Source: Candidatus Krumholzibacteriia bacterium
GTDB lineage: Bacteria > Krumholzibacteriota > Krumholzibacteriia > LZORAL124-64-63
Direction: 5' to 3'
Assembly (NCBI GenBank): GCA_035447065.1
Contig: DAOTGJ010000001.1
Coordinates: forward strand, 79,694-143,693
DNA: 64,000 bases
Shown here: positions 30,821 through 39,057 of the stretch, piece after piece
How the letters are laid out: each line of letters begins with the position of its first letter
Numbering within the stretch: position 1 is the stretch's first letter
Translations under genes and position numbers: made by a program
The notes under the pieces: model-generated
Databases searched by the model: none
Told to the model about the DNA's origin: nothing
Seen by the model: the letters and a program-made list of their open reading frames with translations, nothing else

Positions 30821-32045
30821 GATGCACGCCGCCGAGGGGGTCCGTCAGGCCCTGCACACCATCCGCGGCCGCAAGCTGCGCAGCGGACTGCTGATCCTGG
30901 GCGTGGCCATCGGCGTGGCCACGCTGCTGGCCATCACCACCATCGTGGGCGGGCTGAGCGGGAAGATCCGCAACGACATCGTCTCGTCCGCGAAGCCCTA
31001 TCTCTACGTGGCGCGCTTCACCGGCCTGGGCGGCGAGGACATGGAGGCCATGCTGCGCCGGCCGCAGATCATGCCCGAGTGCGTCGAGGCCGCGGAATCG
31101 CTGCCCGGCGTGGCGGGCGTGGACTACATGGTGCAGATGAACGACGGCACCATCCTCAACTACGGCGAGAACCGCACCAACATCGTGCAGGTGTTCGGGG
31201 CGTCGGACCAGTTCGCCAGCCTCTACTCCTTCAGCCTGGGCGAGGGCCGCTTCTTCACGGCCGACGACCTGGCCGCCCGCCGCCGCGTGTGCGTGCTGGG
31301 CGACGGCCCGCGCCAGACCCTCTTCCCCAAGACCGACCCGGTGGGCAAACGCCTGCGCATCGAGGGGGAGGAGTACGAGATCGTGGGCGCCATGGCCAGC
31401 CGGCGCCACGTGCTGGGCCAGATGGGCGACAACTTCGTGGTCACGCCGTGGACCAGCTACGAGCGCGACTTCCTGGTGCGCGAGCGCGAGGACCGCGCCA
31501 TGGCCGTCACCGTGCGCGACGGCTGGAGCACGGACGCCGTGGAGGCCGATCTGGTGGGCGCGCTGCGCAAGGTGCGCGGGCTGCGGCCGGGCCAGGACGA
31601 CGACTTCGCCATCGTGGCCTCCGAGACCTACGGCGAGCTCGTGGACCGCATCACCCAGGGCGTGGCCCTGGTGCTGGTGGTGCTGTCGTCCATCGGGCTG
31701 ATGGTGGGGGGCATCGGCGTGATGAACATCATGCTGATCTCGGTGACCGAGCGCACGCGGGAGATCGGCGTGCGGATGGCCGTGGGCGCCCGCCGCGGCG
31801 ACGTGCTGCGGCAGATCCTGGTGGAGGCCGCCGTGCTGACCGGCCTGGGCGGCGTGGTGGGCGTGGGGCTGGGCTACCTGGGCGCCTGGGCGGCCACCCG
31901 CCTGCTGGAGTTCCCCTTCGCGGTGCGGCCGCTGGTGGTGGTGGTGGCGGTGCTGTTCAGCTGCTCCATCGGGGTGTTCTTCGGACTGTATCCGGCCAAC
32001 CGGGCGGCGCGGATGGACCCGGTGGAGGCCCTGCGCAAAGAGTGA
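30813..32045 (+). CDS. ABC-transporter permease, MacB/FtsX type (paralogue)
   Basis: 410-aa ORF that overlaps the upstream gene by 8 nt. It has the same architecture (VTERTREIGVRMAVGAR...FGLYPANRAARMDPVEALR). Confidence 0.9.
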   Translation: MNRMHAAEGVRQALHTIRGRKLRSGLLILGVAIGVATLLAITTIVGGLSGKIRNDIVSSAKPYLYVARFTGLGGEDMEAMLRRPQIMPECVEAAESLPGVAGVDYMVQMNDGTILNYGENRTNIVQVFGASDQFASLYSFSLGEGRFFTADDLAARRRVCVLGDGPRQTLFPKTDPVGKRLRIEGEEYEIVGAMASRRHVLGQMGDNFVVTPWTSYERDFLVREREDRAMAVTVRDGWSTDAVEADLVGALRKVRGLRPGQDDDFAIVASETYGELVDRITQGVALVLVVLSSIGLMVGGIGVMNIMLISVTERTREIGVRMAVGARRGDVLRQILVEAAVLTGLGGVVGVGLGYLGAWAATRLLEFPFAVRPLVVVVAVLFSCSIGVFFGLYPANRAARMDPVEALRKE

Positions 32046-32082
32046 GTTGTGCGCCGCCCCCGTTCCTCCGTATCCTGTGATC

Positions 32083-33798
32083 ATGAAGACAAGCCCCCTC
32101 GTCATTCCCGCCGCGCTTCTGCTGCTCCTGGCCCTCGCCGCAGGCCCGGGCTGCGGCGGAGATCCCTCCGCTCCCGACCCCGTCGGCGTGATCCAGGTCA
32201 CCGTGCTGCCGGAGACCCTGGCGGCGCCGTGGCTGCTCTTCGGACCCGGGGGCTACAGCCACCAGGGCGCCGGCACGCAGCGCCTCACCGGGTTGACGCC
32301 CGGCGCGTATCAGCTGAGCTGGGGGTCGGTGGAGGGCTGGTTCGCGCCCGCGCCGGCGAGCGCCACGGGCACGCTGACGGCCGGTGGCGAGCTGGCCCTG
32401 GCGGGAACCTACCGCGAAGGGGCGTCGCTGGTCGTCGAACCCATGCCCGAAGGCTTGGCGGCGCCCTGGAGCGTGGCCGGTCCGGACGGATTCGCGGACG
32501 CCGGCACCGGCGCCGGCGTGCTGGAGGACCTGGAGGCCGGGACCTACACGCTGACCTGGGGCGCCGTGGACGGCTACGACACCCCGGTCCCCGCCGCGGC
32601 GGTGCGCGAGGTGGCGGAGGGCGGCATCGAGGTGGTGCGCGGCCAGTACGGGCTGCGCTCCGCGGACCTGGCTCTGGCGCCTTCGCGGGCGGACGCGGCC
32701 TGGACCGTGACCGACGCCGACGGCGGTCCGCCGTGGAGCGGCGTCGGCCCGGCCGTGCTCGCCGACCTCGCTCCCGGCGCGTACACCGTGACCTGGACGC
32801 CGGCCTCCGGCTGGCTCACGCCCAGGCCGGTGGACGTCGTGCTGACCTCGGGCACGGACCTCACCCACGCCGTGGACTTCCTGCCCACGCCGGCGCGCAA
32901 CACCGCGCCCGCGGGCCTCTACCTCATGGGTTGCCACACGGATTCCCTGGGCTTCGAGGTGGACGAGTTCCCGCAGCACCAGGTCATCCTCACGCGGGAC
33001 TTCGAGGTGGCCGTCACCGAGCTGACCAACGCCCAGGCCGTGGCCCTGCTCCAGTGGGGCTACGACCAGGGCACCCTGACCTGCGACGGCCTCGCCGTGC
33101 GTCCTTCCGACGACGTGGGCCTCACCCTGGTGAACCTGCAGGTGGCCACCTGCGAGTTCGAGTTCTCCGACGGGACCTTCCGCCTGCGCGACGCCGGCTG
33201 GGGCCTGCAGCCGGATCATCCCGCGGTGGCCTTCTCCTGGTACGGCGCCGCCCGTTTCTGCGACCTCATGAACGACTACGAGGGCCTGCCCCGCAGCTAC
33301 GGCGCCGACTGGCTCTGCAACGGCAACGACCCCTACGGCGCCGCGGGCTACCGCCTGCCCACCGAGGCGGAGTGGGAGTACGCCTGCCGCGCCAACCCGG
33401 ACGTGGTGATGTCGTTCTGCGGGGGGTACGGCACCAACGAGGAGTGCCAGGAGCCGGTGCTGATGGACTACGGCTGGTACTGCGGGAACTCGGAGATCCG
33501 GCCGCATCCCGTGGCGCAGCTCCTGCCCAACGACTGGGGCCTCTACGACATGCACGGGAATCTCTTCGAGTGGGTCAACGACGTGAGCACGCCCCGCTAC
33601 GAGAGCGGAACCGTGTTCGACCCCGTGGTGACCATCACGGGCAGCTACCGCACCACCCGCGGCGGCACGTCGGCCAACGGCACCCTGAACAAGGCGCTCA
33701 ACTGCCGCTCCTCCAACCGGAGTTCGCGGCAGGCCAGCCTGGGCACCAACTACATCGGGATCAGGATCGTCCGCACCGCGGCCGCGGCGGGCTTCTAG
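32083..33798 (+). CDS. Lipoprotein with three N-terminal Ig-like repeats and a formylglycine-generating-enzyme (FGE/SUMF1-type) domain
   Basis: ORF 32047..33798. The ATG at 32083 opens MKTSPLVIPAALLLLLALAAGPGCGG. Three units of about 70 aa share (L/A)AAPW..GP.G...G...L..L..G.Y.(L/V)(S/T)W....G(W/Y). The C-terminal FGE blocks are HPVAFSWYGAARFC, YRLPTEAEWEYACR, WGLYDMHGNLFEW and IGIRIVR. Confidence 0.85.
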   Translation: MKTSPLVIPAALLLLLALAAGPGCGGDPSAPDPVGVIQVTVLPETLAAPWLLFGPGGYSHQGAGTQRLTGLTPGAYQLSWGSVEGWFAPAPASATGTLTAGGELALAGTYREGASLVVEPMPEGLAAPWSVAGPDGFADAGTGAGVLEDLEAGTYTLTWGAVDGYDTPVPAAAVREVAEGGIEVVRGQYGLRSADLALAPSRADAAWTVTDADGGPPWSGVGPAVLADLAPGAYTVTWTPASGWLTPRPVDVVLTSGTDLTHAVDFLPTPARNTAPAGLYLMGCHTDSLGFEVDEFPQHQVILTRDFEVAVTELTNAQAVALLQWGYDQGTLTCDGLAVRPSDDVGLTLVNLQVATCEFEFSDGTFRLRDAGWGLQPDHPAVAFSWYGAARFCDLMNDYEGLPRSYGADWLCNGNDPYGAAGYRLPTEAEWEYACRANPDVVMSFCGGYGTNEECQEPVLMDYGWYCGNSEIRPHPVAQLLPNDWGLYDMHGNLFEWVNDVSTPRYESGTVFDPVVTITGSYRTTRGGTSANGTLNKALNCRSSNRSSRQASLGTNYIGIRIVRTAAAAGF

Positions 33799-33801
33799 GG
33801 G

Positions 33802-34614
33802 CTAGAGCTCCACCTTCAACCAGCGCTTCACGGCCAATCCCCCCGCCACGGAGAAGACGCAGAAGCCCCAGAACCACCGCTGGGCGAACCAGTCGGGCTC
33901 CGGCGCCGTGCGCAGCTCCACCGCGGCGAGCGGGCCGTCTGCTGGCAGGGGCGGTTCGGCGGGGTCGATCAGCGCCCGCCACGCGCCGCCGCGTTCGCGG
34001 CGCAGGGAGGCGGGACGCACGCCGGCGTCGGCCTTCACGGCCTTGGTCCAGCGGCCGGAGGCGCCGTCGGAGAGGGTCACCTCGTGACGGCCGGGCGATT
34101 CCACGCGCAGCCGCCACCAGACCGCGGAGCCCGCGGCGTCGCGCACGGGCGGCGCGTCCAGGGCCAGCCCTGCGCCGGGATCCAGGCGCAGGGCGTCCAC
34201 AAGTCCGGGCCGGCCGGGATCCACGTGCGCGCGCACCAGCACGGTCTCGCCCGGCACGAGGGCGGGATGCTGGTAGCGGGCCTCCAGATGCACCAGGACC
34301 AGGGCCGCCGGCGGCAGCAGCACCAGCAGGGCCGGCAGGGTGAGGGTCACGTAGCGCAGGTTGGCCAAGGCCAGGGCGCCCTGCACGCGCATGAGGGTGG
34401 GCAGATCGTCCTGGTAGAGGCCCATCTCGTAGAGGTGGCCCAGCAGGCGGCGGCGCGCGGCGGCCAGGCGCGCCTGCGGCGTGACCAGCTTGAACAGCCA
34501 CAGCAGGAGGATCCCGGTCAGGGCCGACACCACGGCGAGCGCGAGCCAGCCGTGGCCGCCGAACGGGGCCCAGAGCAGATCGAAGAAGCGGTTCACCAGC
34601 TTGGCCGCACCCAT
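33802..34614 (-). CDS. Hypothetical membrane protein (last gene of the phosphodiesterase cassette)
   Basis: 270-aa ORF. It has TM segments near the N-terminus (WLALAVVSALTGILLLWLF; LTLPALLVLLPPAALVLV), a soluble middle region, and a C-terminal TM (WFWGFCVFSVAGGLAV). I recognise no family. Confidence 0.7.
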   Translation of the reverse strand: MGAAKLVNRFFDLLWAPFGGHGWLALAVVSALTGILLLWLFKLVTPQARLAAARRRLLGHLYEMGLYQDDLPTLMRVQGALALANLRYVTLTLPALLVLLPPAALVLVHLEARYQHPALVPGETVLVRAHVDPGRPGLVDALRLDPGAGLALDAPPVRDAAGSAVWWRLRVESPGRHEVTLSDGASGRWTKAVKADAGVRPASLRRERGGAWRALIDPAEPPLPADGPLAAVELRTAPEPDWFAQRWFWGFCVFSVAGGLAVKRWLKVEL

Positions 34615-34621
34615 GGATCTC

Positions 34622-34816
34622 CTACGAGATGTAGCCCAGGCCCTGCATGCGCTTGCGGATCTCGTCCTCGGAGCCGCCGCCTTCCTCGAACTTGGCGATC
34701 TCCTTCTCCAGCACGTGCCGCACGAACTCCTCCGGCGAGCTGTAGCCGGCGATGCCCGCGTACTTCTGGATCTTCACCATGAGATCCTTGTCCACCTTGA
34801 CCTTGGGTCCGAACAT
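34622..34816 (-). CDS. 64-aa ribbon-helix-helix-like small protein
   Basis: This is the C-terminal end of the 34622..36430 ORF. The ATG at 34816 shares one base with the upstream TGA. The sequence is MFGPKVKVDKDLMVKIQKYAGIAGYSSPEEFVRHVLEKEIAKFEEGGGSEDEIRKRMQGLGYIS, which gives a beta-strand plus two helices pattern. Codon usage matches the neighbouring genes. Confidence 0.65.
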   Translation of the reverse strand: MFGPKVKVDKDLMVKIQKYAGIAGYSSPEEFVRHVLEKEIAKFEEGGGSEDEIRKRMQGLGYIS

Positions 34817-36774
34817 CACTTCCCCTCTCGATAGATGGAGGAACCGCGCATCTCCGGCAGCGGCTCCAGGCCGTAGAGCTCCAGGAAGGTGGGCGCCAGG
34901 TCCAGCAGCTCCGGGTCCGCCTTGAGCACGGGGCGGCTGCTGATGATGATGCCCGGCACCTCGTCGGCGGCCATGCAGTGGTCGCCGCTCCACTTCATCA
35001 TGTTGTCGGCGAAGACCGTGGGCGGCACCTCGCCCAGGGCGCTCTCGTTGGAGCCGCGGTAGCCGCGGAAATAGCCGATGTTGATGTCCGGCGCGTCCGC
35101 GAGGTGCGGCCCGTGGTAGATCTCGTCGGTGCGGTAGGCGTACTTGACGGCGCGCTGCCCGGTCTCCGGATCCACCACGGCCTCCAGCTCCCGCACCAGC
35201 TCCTGCAGCAGCTCCTCGCGGTCCTCGCCCGGGTTGACGATGCCGCGCTTCTCCCGCCCGCGCAGGTTGAGGTAAAGCCCGTTGATCCCGATGGCGTAGG
35301 CCACGGTGTCCCGCCAGTCGATGCCCGACAGGTACGAGACGTCCTCCGGCGCCACGCCCGGCTGCAGGCTCAGGTAGCCGTGCTCGTACAGCCAGCGGTT
35401 CACGTGGAAGGAGCGGTAGTACGGCGCGAAGCCGTGGTCGCTCATGACGATGATCAGGGTGTCGTCGCTGAGGCGGTCCAGGGCCAGGGCCAGGGCGCGG
35501 TCGCAGTCGCGGTAGATCTCGTCGATGCGGCCCTCGAAGGTGGCCGCCTCGTCGTCGTGGCGCGGGTGGTCGTGGTCCATGGTGCGCCAGAACGTGTGGC
35601 AGGTCTGGTCCGGGCTGTTGAAGTAGAAGAAGAGGAAGCCGTCGTCGTGGGCGGCGAAATGCTCCAGCTCGTGGGCGAACTGGCGGTAGCGCTCCTCGAA
35701 GACCTGCGAGCTCTGGCTCACGTAGTCGGCGTCGCTGAAGACGCCCTCCTCCAGGGCCTTGGTGTCGTCGGGCATGCCCTGGGTGTAGTAGGGGCCCAGG
35801 TCCCGCGCCAGCTCGGCGGACCAGCCGGACGGCGTGCTGATGGGCATCTCCGGCTTGGCCGGATCGATGTTCACCGGCGTCACGTAGAGCCGGAACGCCG
35901 GCGAGGTCTCCATGAGGTAGAAGCGGCACACGCCCGACACGGACTTGAGCAGCGGCACCAGCTCGAAGTCCAGGGTGACCCACTCGCTCCACTCGCCCTC
36001 GCGCAGCAGCAGCGAACGGCCGGCGACCTCCACCACGGCGCCGCCGTGCTCGCGGTCCACCGCCACGCGGAAGGGCACCGACGACTCCGGGTCGCCCTCG
36101 CGGTAGGCGTTCACCGGGCCGTGGATCTCCGCTTCCATCACGCCGTCGTCCAGGTACACCGGCACCAGGCGGCCGCCGCTGAGGTCGGTCACGTTGGGGG
36201 GATCGTCCGTGAAGTACGTGAAGATGCCGTAGGTGCCCAGCACGTCCGGGGTGCCCATGCCGCTGAGCGAGCGCACGTCGGCCTCCACCGGCGGGAAGTT
36301 GGACGGCACCTTGAAGATGGTCACGTCCACGCCCGCCTCGGCCAGCAGCTCCCAGAACGAGGTGCCGTCGCGCAGGTTCTCCACGCCGCCGGCGTCGCCG
36401 CGGGGGAACTTCCAGCCGCCCACCTTCCACCAGCGCTGGGGGGCCATGGCCTGGGCGGCCGACAGGAAGGGCGTCATGTCCGCGGGGTTGCGGTGGATGA
36501 AGTCGAAGATGCCGTGGCCGCCCGGGTCCATGCCCGTGATGAAGTTGGACCAGGCCACCGGCGACTGGGGCGGCACGGCCGTGCCCAGCTCGCGCAGCTC
36601 GCCGCGTTCCAGCAGCCGCGCGAAGGCGGGCAGTTCGCCGCGGTCCACGCGTTCGCGCAGCAGGTCCGGATCCATGCCGTCGAAACCGATGACGAGCACC
36701 TTGGGCTGCGGCGCGGCGACGGCGTCCGCGGCCAGAAGCAGGAGCAAGAGCAGCAAGGCGCCGCGGCGCATCAT
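34816..36774 (-). CDS. Exported alkaline-phosphatase-superfamily enzyme (type I phosphodiesterase / nucleotide pyrophosphatase family), paralogue 2
   Basis: This is the C-terminal part of the 34816..38772 ORF. ATGATG at 36774 overlaps the upstream stop (ATGA). The signal peptide is MMRRGALLLLLLLLAADAVAAP. Motifs are VIGFDGMDP, QSPVAWSNFITG, MSDHGF and WSGDHC. Confidence 0.85.
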   Translation of the reverse strand: MMRRGALLLLLLLLAADAVAAPQPKVLVIGFDGMDPDLLRERVDRGELPAFARLLERGELRELGTAVPPQSPVAWSNFITGMDPGGHGIFDFIHRNPADMTPFLSAAQAMAPQRWWKVGGWKFPRGDAGGVENLRDGTSFWELLAEAGVDVTIFKVPSNFPPVEADVRSLSGMGTPDVLGTYGIFTYFTDDPPNVTDLSGGRLVPVYLDDGVMEAEIHGPVNAYREGDPESSVPFRVAVDREHGGAVVEVAGRSLLLREGEWSEWVTLDFELVPLLKSVSGVCRFYLMETSPAFRLYVTPVNIDPAKPEMPISTPSGWSAELARDLGPYYTQGMPDDTKALEEGVFSDADYVSQSSQVFEERYRQFAHELEHFAAHDDGFLFFYFNSPDQTCHTFWRTMDHDHPRHDDEAATFEGRIDEIYRDCDRALALALDRLSDDTLIIVMSDHGFAPYYRSFHVNRWLYEHGYLSLQPGVAPEDVSYLSGIDWRDTVAYAIGINGLYLNLRGREKRGIVNPGEDREELLQELVRELEAVVDPETGQRAVKYAYRTDEIYHGPHLADAPDINIGYFRGYRGSNESALGEVPPTVFADNMMKWSGDHCMAADEVPGIIISSRPVLKADPELLDLAPTFLELYGLEPLPEMRGSSIYREGK

Positions 36775-38942
36775 CGCGATCCCTCCCGGGGCAGGAAGCT
36801 GCGGCCGGTCATCCACGCGGGCCGCGCGATGCCGAACAGGTCCAGGATGGTGGGGGCCAGGTCGATCAGCGCCGGCTGCCGCTCCGCGAACGGCACGCTG
36901 CTGAACAGGATGCCGGGCACCACGCGGGGATCGTTGCAGTGGTCGCCGGACCAGCTCCGCGTGTTGTCCTCGAAGGTGCGGCCTCCCACGCGGCCCACCG
37001 CGGCGTCCCAGCCCGTGCGGTAGCCGGGCTTGAAGCCGATGACCAGATCCGCCGCGTTGCCCGTGTACGGCCCGCGGTACACCTCCGGCGCCAGCCACAC
37101 GGCGTTCACGCAGGCGCAGCCGCGGTCCGGATCGCGCAGGGGGCGCAGCGCGGCGGCCAGCTCCTCCAGCAGGGCCGGCGCCGCCTCCGGCGTCACGATG
37201 CCCCTGGCCTCGCGGCCCTGAAGGTTCAGGTAGAAGCCGCCCAGGCCGCTCACGTAGGCGCGGGTGCGCGACCAGTCGATCTGCGCGGGCTCGGCCTTGA
37301 AGTCCGCGGGCAGCACCGGCAGGGGCCCGGCGGCGGGATCGCTCTGCAGGAACAGGTAGCCGTGTTCGCGCAGCCACGTGTTCAGGTTCACGCCGCGCTG
37401 GAAGGTCTTGAACCCGTGGTCCGAGATCACGAAGAGCACGTCGCCCTTGCGCAGCCTGGCCACGGTCTCGCCCACCAGCGCGTCGGCGCGGTCGTAGAGG
37501 TCGCGGATGGCGTGGCGGTGCTTCTCCGTGTCCTTGCCCGCGTTGGCCGGATGCCGCGGGTCCAGGTAGCGGAAGAACATGTGCTGGATGCGGTCCGTGG
37601 CGTCGAAGACCACGGAGATGGAGCCCGTGCGCTGGCGGTCCAGCACGTGGAAGAACTGGGTCTTGCGCTCCTCGTGGATCTGGTAGGCCTGATCCAGGAA
37701 GCCCTGCTCGTCCAGCACGCGCTCGTTCAGCGCCCAGGTGTCCTCCGCCAGGCCCAGCGTGGCGAACTTGCCCTGCAGCTTGGCCAGGGCGATGGCGTAG
37801 TGCGCCGGATGGCTGATGGCCATGGCCGGCGATTCCGGGTCGATGTGGATGGGCGTCACGTAGAAGCCGAAGGGGTCGTCGAAGCTGATCACCCGGAACT
37901 TGGCGATGCCCTGGGCCTTCACGCCCGGCCCCGCCCGGAACGTCATGCCGATCCACTCCGAGTTCTCCTCGGGGCCCAGCACGAACTCCCGTCCGTCCAC
38001 GCGGAACACCGCGCGCTTGGCGGCCGCGTCCACGGTCACGTCCACGGGCAGCGTCATGAGCTTGCCGTCGGGATCCTCCGGTCCCACCAGCCGGCCGCGG
38101 TAGCCCGCGCCGTGGCGCTCCAGACGGTTGCGCACGCCGCCGATGGTCTCCTCGTCCGACACCGGCGCCACGCCCGCGCTCGCCCCGTCCACGCCGCCCT
38201 GCACCTCGCCGGCGGTGAAGAAGCTGAAGGTGCCCTGGGTGCCGCGCAGGTCCGGCACGCACATGGCCGACAGCATCTGCCCGTCCACCTTCTCCGGCGG
38301 GAAGGTGATGGGCACGCGCAGCACCGTGCTCTTCACGCCGTTCTCGCCCAGCACCTGCCAGAAGGCCTTGCTGCGCCGCAGCAGCTCGATGCGCGGCTTG
38401 CCCAGCGGCAGGCGGAACGGCCCCAGCCGCAGCACGCGGCCGCCGCCCTCGATCTTCGTGGACGAGAGGATGGGCAGGTAGGTGCGCAGGTCGCGCTGGA
38501 GGAAGTCGAAGATGTTGTGCTTGCCGGCGTCGGTGCCGGTGGCGAAGCCGCTCCACGCCACCGGGCTCATGGCCGGCCACACGGTGGCCAGGGGGCGGAA
38601 GCCGCCGCGCTCCTTGAGGGCCCGGAAGTGGGGGAGGCGCCCCTCGCGGAAGCCTTCCTTGATCAGGCCCGGGTCCAGTCCGTCCAGCCCCAGCACGATC
38701 ACGCGACGCGCCCGCGCCTTGCCCAGGCGCCGCCGGCTGCGCAGCCAGCGGAGGAGCGTGCGCAGGGGCCACAGCAGCAGCGCTCCCAGCGCCACCAGCA
38801 CCCCGGCCACGCCGAAGAGGATGGATCCGCCCAGGGCGAAACCGGCGCCGGGGCCGATGTAGGCCAGCGCGGCCTGGGGCACTCCGACGAGGACCGCGCA
38901 GAGGGCGGCCGCCGGGGCGATGCGGTGCAGACGGCTAGGCAT
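36771..38942 (-). CDS. Membrane-anchored alkaline-phosphatase-superfamily enzyme (type I phosphodiesterase / nucleotide pyrophosphatase family), paralogue 1
   Basis: ORF 36771..39026. I prefer the ATG at 38942 (MPSRLHRIAPAAALCAVLVGV...; alternative at 38999). It has two N-terminal TM segments, then VLGLDGLDP, MSPVAWSGFATG, ISDHGF and WSGDHC. It is collinear with paralogue 2. Confidence 0.85.
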   Translation of the reverse strand: MPSRLHRIAPAAALCAVLVGVPQAALAYIGPGAGFALGGSILFGVAGVLVALGALLLWPLRTLLRWLRSRRRLGKARARRVIVLGLDGLDPGLIKEGFREGRLPHFRALKERGGFRPLATVWPAMSPVAWSGFATGTDAGKHNIFDFLQRDLRTYLPILSSTKIEGGGRVLRLGPFRLPLGKPRIELLRRSKAFWQVLGENGVKSTVLRVPITFPPEKVDGQMLSAMCVPDLRGTQGTFSFFTAGEVQGGVDGASAGVAPVSDEETIGGVRNRLERHGAGYRGRLVGPEDPDGKLMTLPVDVTVDAAAKRAVFRVDGREFVLGPEENSEWIGMTFRAGPGVKAQGIAKFRVISFDDPFGFYVTPIHIDPESPAMAISHPAHYAIALAKLQGKFATLGLAEDTWALNERVLDEQGFLDQAYQIHEERKTQFFHVLDRQRTGSISVVFDATDRIQHMFFRYLDPRHPANAGKDTEKHRHAIRDLYDRADALVGETVARLRKGDVLFVISDHGFKTFQRGVNLNTWLREHGYLFLQSDPAAGPLPVLPADFKAEPAQIDWSRTRAYVSGLGGFYLNLQGREARGIVTPEAAPALLEELAAALRPLRDPDRGCACVNAVWLAPEVYRGPYTGNAADLVIGFKPGYRTGWDAAVGRVGGRTFEDNTRSWSGDHCNDPRVVPGILFSSVPFAERQPALIDLAPTILDLFGIARPAWMTGRSFLPREGSR

Positions 38943-39057
38943 GGAGTCGGGCTCGTCCTCGCGAGGGAACGGGGGTCCGGAACCGAAACGACGTCTCATG
39001 ATACGACATCTTCGCCGGGACGGCACGGCCCGATCCCGGCGGCGTGCGGAGACCCGC

